Below are positions 18,820 through 30,092 of a stretch of DNA of 64,000 nt, in pieces; positions within the stretch are counted from its first letter, which is position 1; each line of letters opens with the position of its first letter. Origin of the DNA: a bacterium HR34 (GTDB lineage Bacteria > Patescibacteriota > Minisyncoccia > Minisyncoccales > HRBIN34); assembly GCA_002923395.1 (NCBI GenBank), contig BEIK01000003.1:2337-66336 (forward strand), written 5' to 3'. The position numbers were made by a program, and so were the translations under genes. The notes beneath the pieces are model-generated. The model saw nothing but the letters and a program-made list of their open reading frames with translations, did no database searches and had not been told where the DNA came from.

Positions 18820-19569
18820 CTAGTTTTTTATAATAGTTCCTATTGTTTTGCCAGTTTTATGAAGCTCAATTAATCTTTCTGGTTTTTTGCCATTAATTAC
18901 CCAAACAGGGCAAAATTTTTTTGCTATTTCTATTGATTCTTTTATTTTGTTTTTCATCTCTCCTGTTGCATCTTTTGATTTTGAAAATTTAATATCGCTT
19001 AAAAATTCCTCTTCAGGCTTTATTTTTGTTATCAACTCTCCCTTATTATTGTAGACGCCATCGACATCTGACAGAAAGATAACTTTGGTTGGTTTTATGG
19101 TATTGGATAATAGTTTTACAAGCTCATCTCCTGAAGTTATTTTAAATCCGTTTTTTATTGTAAATACTACATCTCCATAAGTAATAAGGACAAAGTTTTT
19201 TTGGAGTAGGTTTTTAATTAATGAACTTATGTTTTTATTTGTATGTAAGTTACAAGGCTCTATTGGAAAAATAGGCAGGTTGTTTTTTATGAATTCTTTT
19301 GCTACTAAGTTGTTTAACTTCCGCATTGCAAACTTGGTGTGCGAAATTCCAATTTTAGAATAATTTTCTTGTTTCTTGTGAAGGTTATACTTTTTAGCAA
19401 AATAATGCCCAAAACTCCCACCTCCATGAATAATTATCAATCTCACACCTTCTTTGTAGATTTTATAAATTGATTTTATAATTTTTACAAGTTGAACTCT
19501 TTTAAAACTTAAAGGTTTGTTTTTATTTGTTATTACGCTTCCTCCAATTTTTATTATGTAGATTTTCAT
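18820..19569 (-). CDS. isopentenyl phosphate kinase (amino-acid kinase fold)
   Basis: IIKIGGSVITNK and the IIHGGGSFGH motifs are characteristic of IPK/FomA-type kinases. Size is 249 aa. Confidence 0.65.
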   Translation of the reverse strand: MKIYIIKIGGSVITNKNKPLSFKRVQLVKIIKSIYKIYKEGVRLIIIHGGGSFGHYFAKKYNLHKKQENYSKIGISHTKFAMRKLNNLVAKEFIKNNLPIFPIEPCNLHTNKNISSLIKNLLQKNFVLITYGDVVFTIKNGFKITSGDELVKLLSNTIKPTKVIFLSDVDGVYNNKGELITKIKPEEEFLSDIKFSKSKDATGEMKNKIKESIEIAKKFCPVWVINGKKPERLIELHKTGKTIGTIIKN

Positions 19570-19650
19570 AGAATTTTATATTTCATTATACCGCGTTTTT
19601 GGGTATAATTAAATATGAATTTAAGATATTAAAATTAAGAAATATAAACA

Positions 19651-20178
19651 ATGAACAAATTTTTTGACCTATTAAATAAAGCAAATAAAGAAGTTTTTAG
19701 ATTGGAGACATTAGATGAATATAAAGTAGATGAAGAAAAAGAAATTCTTGAAAGTTATAAAAGTAATAAATACGATTTTGAAGAACTAAAGAGGATATAC
19801 ATTAGTGAGCCTGATTAATATCTTAAATCTATAAAAAACGCCAAAGACAGAGGAGCAAATGTCTTCAGGATTCATATTGTTACGCTTTCTTTAACTAAAT
19901 ATTTAAAATTTGAAATAGAGATAGGCTACTATATTAATGAAATGTACGGAGAGAAAATATTTTTAATCAATAGAGAAGATTTAAACAAGATAGATAATAT
20001 CAATGAACTAGAAATCTCAGATTATTGGATGTTTGATGAAAAATATGTATTGCCTATTAAATATGAGAAAGACGGTAGGTTTATTGAAATGCAAGGTCCA
20101 ATAACTGAAAACATAGAAAAATACATCCACACAAAAAACAAACTACTTCCTTTAGCAAAAGATACAAAGAATTTATAA
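19651..20178 (+). pseudogene. DUF6879-like gene interrupted by one in-frame TAA
   Basis: A single frame runs from ATG 19651 to the stop at 20176-20178, with an in-frame TAA at 19816-19818. Joined translation: FRLETLDEY...RIHIVTLSLTKYLKFEIEIGYY...GEKIFLI...DYWMFDEKYVLPIKYEKDG. From memory this matches the DUF6879 pattern. Confidence 0.55.
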
Positions 20179-20364
20179 AAGAAAACAACATTAAACTAAA
20201 ATACTTGAAGTTTTAAATTTAGAATAAATGAGTGTTTTATGATTTTAATAAAGCATCAATCTTGTCAACAAAATGTTTTTCGTGGTATTGCTTAACTTCT
20301 GACCATACCCTTTTGGAAATTTTAATTAAGTATATAATCTAAATCTAAGTGTAGCTAATAAATT

Positions 20365-20400
20365 TGCTCCGAATGCTCGCGATCGTGAACATTTGGAGCA
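20365..20400. repeat. 36-nt imperfect GC-rich palindrome centred on CGATCG (family copy 1)
   Basis: TGCTCCGAATGCTCGCGAT|CGTGAACATTTGGAGCA. As RNA it forms 18 pairs including two G-U and one mismatch. Confidence 0.8.
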
Positions 20401-20594
20401 GGTATATTTTTTCCACTTTTTAATTTGTGCAACCTTTCTTTATTCTTATTTTCTTTATTTTTACTCTTTCGTTTCCTTTTTTTAGAGTAAAATAAGATAA
20501 TTAAAGAAGGTATAAAAAGATAAAAGTCAGACATTTACCAAAACTTCCGAATACCTAACTGAATTTGCTTTTAAAGATACTAAATCGTTGAAAA

Positions 20595-20644
20595 TTTACT
20601 CATCTTATACACCCTCTTGACTTGATTTTTTGATTGTGTAAAAT
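20595..20644 (+). promoter_or_regulatory. candidate rRNA promoter with conserved upstream element
   Basis: TTTACTCATCTTATACA (20595-20611), then 5 nt, TTGACT (20617-20622), 16 nt, TAAAAT (20639-20644). It lies about 175 nt upstream of the 23S. Confidence 0.55.
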
Positions 20645-20719
20645 AATAAATATGATGGAAAAATTAATAAAATATAAGAGCGGGTAGAATTTTGGTCTTT
20701 CTGTTTTTTGTTGCCATTG

Positions 20720-20745
20720 ACCGCATTTTTAAAAATGCGGTTTTT
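20720..20745 (+). terminator. terminator-like perfect palindrome inside the 23S leader
   Basis: ACCGCATTTTT|AAAAATGCGGT followed by TTTT. It sits between the candidate promoter and the 23S 5' end. Confidence 0.45.
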
Positions 20746-20817
20746 GGTTTATAAAGCACTCTACAATTGAATAAAGTTTAATAAATTTGACAACAAGCAG
20801 GTGCTATTTGCCAACCC

Positions 20818-23705
<2,888 letters not shown>

Positions 23706-23752
23706 GGGTTGGCAAATAATACCTGCTTTGTTCAATTATAATTAAAAAGCCA

Positions 23753-23872
23753 CTAGTGGGGGCTATACTGGGCTTGTTCCACCCGTTCCCATTCCGAACA
23801 CGGAAGTGAAATAGCCCAAGGCCGATGGTAGTCAGCGCTTGTCGCTGGCGAGAGTAGGTAGCTCCCACTAGT
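23753..23872 (+). rRNA. rrf: 5S ribosomal RNA
   Basis: CCCGTTCCCATTCCGAACACGGAAGTGAAA....GCCGATGGTAGT....GAGAGTAGG. The terminal helix is CTAGTGGGGGC/GCTCCCACTAG. Confidence 0.9.
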
Positions 23873-24034
23873 GGCTTTTTAAGTTTGTGCCCAATGCAGA
23901 GAATTATAATTCTTTATAACTGACTATTATCGGAGGCATTAATTTTTATGGCCAATATTTACTTTACAAAATAACTAATTGTATAAATCATCCTCTTTTA
24001 TTATTCGCGATTTTGTGTCATAATAATAAAAAAT

Positions 24035-24835
24035 ATGTCCCTAAGTTTTAGAAAGAAAAGTCAAAAAAACATATTGCTTGTCTTTGTTTTTGTAGTTTTC
24101 ATTGTATCTTTTTTGTTTTACAATAACCAGATAAGGGTTTTTTTCTATACGATATTCAAACCAATATCTCCTTTTTTTACTTTTTTAGGAGGTTTTTATC
24201 ATAATAACATAGAGCCTTTTTTTACTGTAAAGCAGGTTTACCAAGAGAACAAAGAAATAAAACAAAAAATTACAGAATTGGAAAAGCTAAAATTTGAGTC
24301 AGAGTTGTTATTGAAAAAAGGAAAAGAATCTTTGATTTTCCAAGGTTTTAATACATTGGAAGCAAGAATTTTAAGTAGATCATTGTCGCAAGATGTTTTA
24401 ATAATGTTTACTTACAGCAAAGACAAACCAATAAAATCTAGTTATCCTGTATTTTTGAAAAGCGGAATTTTGATAGGTTTTGTTGATAAAGTTTTTACAT
24501 CACCTTTATCAGGAAATTATTTTTTTTCAGTTAAATTATTATCGCAAGAAGGCCAAACTTTGGAAGTTTCAAATTACAAAGGTGAAAAAGTAGGAGTTTT
24601 AACAGGGCTTGGCAAGGGCAGGGTTATGCTGGATTTGATACCACGGGAAGTTGACCTAAAAGAAGGTTATTATCTTTTTTCAAAAAGCGAAAGTGTGAAT
24701 GTGCCAGAGGGTTTTTTAGTAGGTCAGGTGAAGAAAGTACACAAAAATGATTTAGACCCATTCTTAAAAGCAGAAGCGTCGCTTATAGAAGATCCTTTTT
24801 TAGAAGAATTTTTTAATGTTTTAATAATACCATAA
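24035..24835 (+). CDS. mreC: rod shape-determining protein MreC
   Basis: N-terminal TM, the coiled-coil QENKEIKQKITELEKLK, then a beta-barrel region. It is followed by a small membrane protein and PBP2. Confidence 0.7.
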   Translation: MSLSFRKKSQKNILLVFVFVVFIVSFLFYNNQIRVFFYTIFKPISPFFTFLGGFYHNNIEPFFTVKQVYQENKEIKQKITELEKLKFESELLLKKGKESLIFQGFNTLEARILSRSLSQDVLIMFTYSKDKPIKSSYPVFLKSGILIGFVDKVFTSPLSGNYFFSVKLLSQEGQTLEVSNYKGEKVGVLTGLGKGRVMLDLIPREVDLKEGYYLFSKSESVNVPEGFLVGQVKKVHKNDLDPFLKAEASLIEDPFLEEFFNVLIIP

Positions 24836-25119
24836 TGCCAAAAGAGTTTGTTTCATTTTTAATCCCTTTTACAACTGCATTGTTTTTTACGGCGCCAGCG
24901 CATTTTAATAGTATCATTTTTGCAATTATTTTTTTTATTTTTGTTTTTTTGAAATTGTTGTTTTTGAAGGACGCAGGATTTATTTCTTACATTGCGCTTT
25001 TGTTGTCAGGCATAATTTTTGATATTTTTTCTTTATACTCTTATCCTTTATTTTCAGGATTATTTTTGGTTTTAATTATAGTCCACTATTTGGTGATTCA
25101 AAAATCAATTATTTATTAG
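24835..25119 (+). CDS. small polytopic membrane protein in the MreD position
   Basis: 94 aa with three hydrophobic segments. Its start overlaps the mreC stop and it lies between mreC and the PBP2 gene. It is shorter than a typical MreD. Confidence 0.35.
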   Translation: MPKEFVSFLIPFTTALFFTAPAHFNSIIFAIIFFIFVFLKLLFLKDAGFISYIALLLSGIIFDIFSLYSYPLFSGLFLVLIIVHYLVIQKSIIY

Positions 25120-25122
25120 AAT

Positions 25123-27054
25123 ATGTTTGAAGGGAAAAATAAAAAATTTTATGACGTTTCAGATGATTTTTTTGCCAATCGCAATTTAGATATAGAAGAA
25201 AGTGTTGGTAGTTCTTTAAATATTTCATTAAAAAGACAGGCAATAATTTTAATTTCTGTCTCGATTTTTGTATTTCTTTTTTTTGCAGGCAAAATCCTTT
25301 TTACACAAATAGTTAAAGGCAGTGAGTTTGAAAATGTTTCTTTGCAAAATGCTTTTATGGAAAAGAAACTTAAAGCCAACAGAGGCGTGATTTACGACAG
25401 AAATATGAATCAATTGGCTTTTAATGACATTCAGTTTAATTTGGTTTTAAATCTTGAAAATTATAACTTATCTGAAATAAAAAATGAAATTTACAACATT
25501 TCCAAGGTCATTGATTTAGATTCAGATGAAGAAAGTTTACTAAAGGTTATAGAAGATGCAAAAAATAATGGCAAAGATAAATTTATATTGAAAGAAAATT
25601 TACCATATGAAAATGTTTTATCTTTTTATGCATTGCCTTATGATTTTAAGTTTGTAAGTTTAGAAAGAGATGTAAAAAGATTTTATGAAAACGGTCCTTA
25701 CTTTTCTCATATAATAGGTTACACAAGTAAAATTACTTTGGAAGAATGGAAAGAAAACAAAGATATTTATGATATTTATGATGTTGTTGGTAGGGCAGGA
25801 GTTGAAAAAGTATATGAAGAATATTTAAGAAGTTCGCCGGGGAAAATTGTATACAAAAGAGATGCCAGAAACAATGCAATAGGGAAGGTAGTTGAACAAC
25901 CGCCATCTCCGGGCAGCAGCGTTGTTTTAACAATAGATAAAAATTTACAAGAATTTATTTTCGATTCTTTGGAAAAACAGGTAAAAGATAAAAAAGCAGA
26001 TGGTGGTGTTGTTATAGTTATGAAGCCAAAAACAGGGGAAATTTTATCACTTGTAAGTTATCCAAGTTATGATAATAATATTTTCTCAAAAGGAACATTT
26101 CAAGATATTGAAAGTCTATTTAATGATAAATCAAGGCCAATGTTTAATAGAGCAATTTCGGGCATTGGTTTTCCCACCGGTTCTACAATCAAACCTTTTA
26201 TAGGAGTTGCTGGATTGGCGGAAGGGATAGTGAACGAATTTACAAAATTCGATACTTCTTCTGGTAAAATAATCGTTCGAAATCCTTATAATAAAGACAT
26301 CGTTTATGAATTTCATGATTGGCAGCCTCATGGATTAGTTGATATAAGAAAAGCAATAGCAGTTTCTTCAAACATATATTTTTACATAGTTGGAGGAGGT
26401 TATAAAGATTTTAAGGGTTTAGGGGTTGAAAAAGTGAAATCGTGGCTTGAAAAGTTTGGTTTTTCCAAAAAAACTCAAATAGATTTAACATCAGAAGGAG
26501 AAGGATTTATTCCTTACCCTGAGTGGAAAAAAGATAAATTAAAGGAAAATTGGTATATTGGTGACACATATAACTTATCTATTGGACAGGGTTATTTTTC
26601 GGCAACTCCTATTGAATTAATTACAGCATATTCTGGCATAGCAAATGATGGTTATATAGTGAAGCCAAGAGTAGTTAAAGAAATAATTAATAGCGAAACA
26701 AAAGAAGTTGTGAGAACTTTTGAACCTGAAATACTTTACTCTAATTTGGCAGAAAAAAGAATTTTTAGGATTATAAAAGAAGGAATGCGCCAGAGTGTTG
26801 AGTATGGAACAGCTACTTTTTTAAACGACTTACCTGTAAAAGTTGGAGCAAAAACAGGTACTGCTCAAATAGGCATAAAAACAGAAGCAGGAGAAGATAT
26901 AATACACAGTTGGATAGTTACCTTCTACCCCTATGACAATCCTGAAATAATTATAATTGCGATGTTGGAAAATGTTAGAGGAAAAGGATTAGGACCTACG
27001 GTTATTGCAAAAGAAGTTTTAGAAAAAATAATTAACGAAAACTTAAAGTTTTAG
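25123..27054 (+). CDS. mrdA: penicillin-binding protein 2 (elongation transpeptidase)
   Basis: N-terminal TM plus a dimerisation domain. Transpeptidase motifs GSTIKP (SxxK), SSN and KTGTAQ. Confidence 0.9.
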   Translation: MFEGKNKKFYDVSDDFFANRNLDIEESVGSSLNISLKRQAIILISVSIFVFLFFAGKILFTQIVKGSEFENVSLQNAFMEKKLKANRGVIYDRNMNQLAFNDIQFNLVLNLENYNLSEIKNEIYNISKVIDLDSDEESLLKVIEDAKNNGKDKFILKENLPYENVLSFYALPYDFKFVSLERDVKRFYENGPYFSHIIGYTSKITLEEWKENKDIYDIYDVVGRAGVEKVYEEYLRSSPGKIVYKRDARNNAIGKVVEQPPSPGSSVVLTIDKNLQEFIFDSLEKQVKDKKADGGVVIVMKPKTGEILSLVSYPSYDNNIFSKGTFQDIESLFNDKSRPMFNRAISGIGFPTGSTIKPFIGVAGLAEGIVNEFTKFDTSSGKIIVRNPYNKDIVYEFHDWQPHGLVDIRKAIAVSSNIYFYIVGGGYKDFKGLGVEKVKSWLEKFGFSKKTQIDLTSEGEGFIPYPEWKKDKLKENWYIGDTYNLSIGQGYFSATPIELITAYSGIANDGYIVKPRVVKEIINSETKEVVRTFEPEILYSNLAEKRIFRIIKEGMRQSVEYGTATFLNDLPVKVGAKTGTAQIGIKTEAGEDIIHSWIVTFYPYDNPEIIIIAMLENVRGKGLGPTVIAKEVLEKIINENLKF

Positions 27055-27114
27055 GTTTTTGTTGACATTTTTTAAAGTTTGTAGATAATTTATTAATATT
27101 ATTTTGAAAATTGT

Positions 27115-27576
27115 ATGCCAAGTAATAAATATACAACAACAAAAGAAGGACTTAAAAGAGCAAAAAAAGAATTGCAAGAACTTAAAGAAAAAAGGAAAGA
27201 AATTGCTCAGAGGTTAAAAGAAGCGATGTCTTTTGGGGATTTGTCTGAGAACGCCGAATATCAGGATGCAAGAGAACAGCAGGCGATGTTAGAGAAAAAG
27301 ATAAGTGAATTAGAGGATTTTATAGAAAACGCAATTGTTGTTGATGTTGTCAAAAGTAAAAACACAGTTTCTTTAGGGAGTAAGGTTGAACTTGAAAGTA
27401 ATGGTAAGAAATTTGTTTTTGAACTAGTTGAGCCAGCCTTTGCAAATCCTTTAGAAGGTAAAATATCAATAGATTCTCCTTTAGGTCAGGTTTTACTTTC
27501 AAAAAAAGTTGGAGATGAAGTTTTGGTCGAAACTCCTAACGGAAAAGTTAATTACAAGATATTAAAAATTAGTTAA
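27115..27576 (+). CDS. greA: transcription elongation factor GreA
   Basis: An N-terminal coiled coil with GDLSENAEYQDAREQQ and a C-terminal globular domain (ISIDSPLGQ.LL.KKVGDEV). Confidence 0.9.
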   Translation: MPSNKYTTTKEGLKRAKKELQELKEKRKEIAQRLKEAMSFGDLSENAEYQDAREQQAMLEKKISELEDFIENAIVVDVVKSKNTVSLGSKVELESNGKKFVFELVEPAFANPLEGKISIDSPLGQVLLSKKVGDEVLVETPNGKVNYKILKIS

Positions 27577-27584
27577 ATTTTTCT

Positions 27585-28529
27585 ATGTTTGATATTTTGA
27601 GCGTTTTTATTGTAGTCGTAGGGCTTGTCGTTTTTGAAGTTGTTAATAGTATAGACAACGCTATTGTGAACGCTCATATATTAAAAACGATGTCTCAATG
27701 GGCAAGACGATGGTTTTTAATTTGGGGTTTGATTACAGCTGTTTTTTTAATAAGGGGAGTTTTGCCATTTTTAATATTATGGTTAACCCATCCTGATGTA
27801 TCCTTTATCCAAGCGTGGCATATTGTGTTTTCTGGTGATATAAATTTATCCAAAGAACATTTCGAAGAAACCTCTTTTATTTTGCTTTTGGGTGGTGGAA
27901 TGTTTTTACTCTTGCTTTATTTTCACTGGCTTTTTCTGGAAAAGAAAAATCCATTTTTCCCAATAGACAAACTAATAGAGCCTAGAAACTATGGAGTTTG
28001 GTTTTTTGCTGTTGCAGCATTGTTGTTAGTGTTAGTTCTGTATTTTGCGAGAGAAAATCCAATAGCAATGTTATCTGCTGCCGTTGGTAATGCAGGCTTT
28101 TTTATATTGTATGGTTTTCGTGAAACAGCAGAAAAAGAGGAACAAAAAATGTTATCAGGGCAGTCAACCAAATCAGATATATCAAAGCTATTGTTCTTAG
28201 AAGTTTTAGATGCCTCTTTTAGTATAGATAGTGTTGTTGGCGCTTTTGCCTTTACAACAAGTATTCCTTTGATTTTACTTGGTAATGGAATAGGGGCTTT
28301 GGTTGTAAGAGAACTTACAATTAAAAGCATAGATAAAGTTGCCAAATACAGATGGTTGAAAAATGGAGCTATGACTTCAATCGGGTTTCTGGGCGGTTTT
28401 ATGATTTTGGAGGGTTTCGGCGTGCATATTCCAGAATGGCTTCCTACTTTAACAACAATAGGCTTAGTTGGAGTTGCTTTTTATTATTCAAGAAAATTAA
28501 TAAAAAAGCAAGGAAATCACTTGGTTTAA
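27585..28529 (+). CDS. integral membrane protein, DUF475/TerC-related
   Basis: Polytopic protein with an EVVNSIDNAIVNA motif and a second LEVLDASFSIDSVVGAFA motif, typical of DUF475. Confidence 0.55.
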   Translation: MFDILSVFIVVVGLVVFEVVNSIDNAIVNAHILKTMSQWARRWFLIWGLITAVFLIRGVLPFLILWLTHPDVSFIQAWHIVFSGDINLSKEHFEETSFILLLGGGMFLLLLYFHWLFLEKKNPFFPIDKLIEPRNYGVWFFAVAALLLVLVLYFARENPIAMLSAAVGNAGFFILYGFRETAEKEEQKMLSGQSTKSDISKLLFLEVLDASFSIDSVVGAFAFTTSIPLILLGNGIGALVVRELTIKSIDKVAKYRWLKNGAMTSIGFLGGFMILEGFGVHIPEWLPTLTTIGLVGVAFYYSRKLIKKQGNHLV

Positions 28530-28627
28530 CGGCATCTCTTTATAGAGTAAAATTAATATAAAGGTTTAATTTTGTAATTTTTGTTTTGTTTGGTAAAATT
28601 GGTTATTAATTTAAGAATTTAAATTCT

Positions 28628-30088
28628 ATGGAAGAAGATGTAAAAAAAGATAAGCTAAAAAAAGTAGAAAATTTGCGAAAACTTGGTATAAATCCTTATC
28701 CTGTGGAGGTTGGAGATTTAATAAGAATAAGAGAGGTTTTAGATAATTTTGAGGAATATGAGAAAAAAGGCGAAAAGATTAAAATTGCAGGAAGAATTTT
28801 AAGTAGAAGGTGGCACGGAAAAATAATTTTTTTAACAATAGATGATAATACAGATGAAATTCAGGTTGTTTTAAGAGAGGATATTTTAGGAGAAGAGAAC
28901 TACAATTTATTTTTAGATAATATTGAAAAAGACGATATTGTTGAGTTTTTAGGTGAGGTAATGATTACGAAGAGAGGGCAAAAAAGTTTACTGGCTAGTT
29001 CCTGGCGAATTCTTACAAAAGCAATTTTGCCAATTCCGGATAGATGGTATGGGTTAAAAGATGTTGAGGAAAGATATAGAAAAAGATATTTAGATTTGTT
29101 GTTAAACAGAGAGGTGAAGGAAAATTTTATTTTAAGGAGTAAAATAATTAAAGAAATAAGAAAGTATTTGGACGAACAGGGCTTCATTGAAGTTGAAACG
29201 CCTGTTTTACAACCAATTTATGGCGGGGCTTCGGCAAGGCCCTTTATTACGGATCTTTTTGTTTTAAAAATGAAACTTTATTTAAGAATATCTCCTGAGT
29301 TATATTTAAAAAGACTAATAGTTGGAGGATTTGATAAAGTTTATGAACTCGGAAGAGTATTTAGAAACGAAGGGATAGATAGAACTCATAACCCAGAATT
29401 TACTTCTTTAGAATTTTACATTGCCTATTGCGATTATAAAAAATTAATGGATTTTACAGAGCAGTTTATAAGAGAAGTTGTCAAAAGAAGTATTGGAAGA
29501 ACAAAAATTATATATGAGGATAAAGAAATTGATTTTGAGAAAAAATGGGAAAGATTGGATTATTGTGAATTGTTTGAAAAAGAAGTGGGGTTACATCCTT
29601 TAAGGGCTGATATTTCTCAATTAAGAGAAAAAGCAAAAGAGTTGGGTGTGGAGATAAAAAAAGAAGATACAGAAATTGAAATAATTGACGAGTTGTTTAA
29701 AGAAGTATGCCTTCCGAAGTTGCAAAATCCAACATTTTTAATAAATCATCCTAAGGGCACATTTCCATTAGCAAAATCAAGAGATGACAATGGCGAATAT
29801 TTGGCAAGTTTTCAGGTTTTTGCAGGAGGTATGCAGTTGATAACTGCCTTTTCTGAGTTAAACGACCCAATTGAGCAAGAAGAACGTCTTAAAGAACAAG
29901 AAAAAATTTTTAAAAAAGGTTTGGATATAGCTCATCGTCTTGATGAGGATTTTATAGAGGCTTTAAGTTATGGTATGCCTCCAACTGCTGGGTTTGGACT
30001 TGGAATAGACAGGTTTGTTTCCTTATTAACAAACTCTCATGCCATAAAAGATGTTATATTATTTCCATTTTTAAGGCCTAGAAATTAA
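28628..30088 (+). CDS. lysS: lysyl-tRNA synthetase, class II
   Basis: An OB anticodon-binding domain, then class II motifs (FIEVETPVLQ, YELGRVFRNEG, GFGLGIDR). Confidence 0.95.
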   Translation: MEEDVKKDKLKKVENLRKLGINPYPVEVGDLIRIREVLDNFEEYEKKGEKIKIAGRILSRRWHGKIIFLTIDDNTDEIQVVLREDILGEENYNLFLDNIEKDDIVEFLGEVMITKRGQKSLLASSWRILTKAILPIPDRWYGLKDVEERYRKRYLDLLLNREVKENFILRSKIIKEIRKYLDEQGFIEVETPVLQPIYGGASARPFITDLFVLKMKLYLRISPELYLKRLIVGGFDKVYELGRVFRNEGIDRTHNPEFTSLEFYIAYCDYKKLMDFTEQFIREVVKRSIGRTKIIYEDKEIDFEKKWERLDYCELFEKEVGLHPLRADISQLREKAKELGVEIKKEDTEIEIIDELFKEVCLPKLQNPTFLINHPKGTFPLAKSRDDNGEYLASFQVFAGGMQLITAFSELNDPIEQEERLKEQEKIFKKGLDIAHRLDEDFIEALSYGMPPTAGFGLGIDRFVSLLTNSHAIKDVILFPFLRPRN

Positions 30089-30092
30089 AAAT

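Noticed and set aside
20355-20534. An unlisted 59-aa minus-strand ORF (MSDFYLFIPSLIILFYSKKRKRKSKNKENKNKERLHKLKSGKNIPAPNVHDREHSEQIY) containing palindrome copy 1.
   Set aside because: It has no RBS, its Lys-rich stretch is just an A-rich tract, and the palindrome explains the only GC-rich part. It is probably non-coding.
20797-20802. A second TTGACA just upstream of the 23S 5' end as an alternative rRNA promoter.
   Set aside because: No acceptable -10 hexamer lies at 16-18 nt spacing, and the box lies directly adjacent to the 5' arm of the 23S processing stem (20805-20830).
28352-28561. A 69-aa ORF overlapping the 3' end of the DUF475 gene.
   Set aside because: It lies out of frame within a well-supported membrane-protein gene and has no independent signals.
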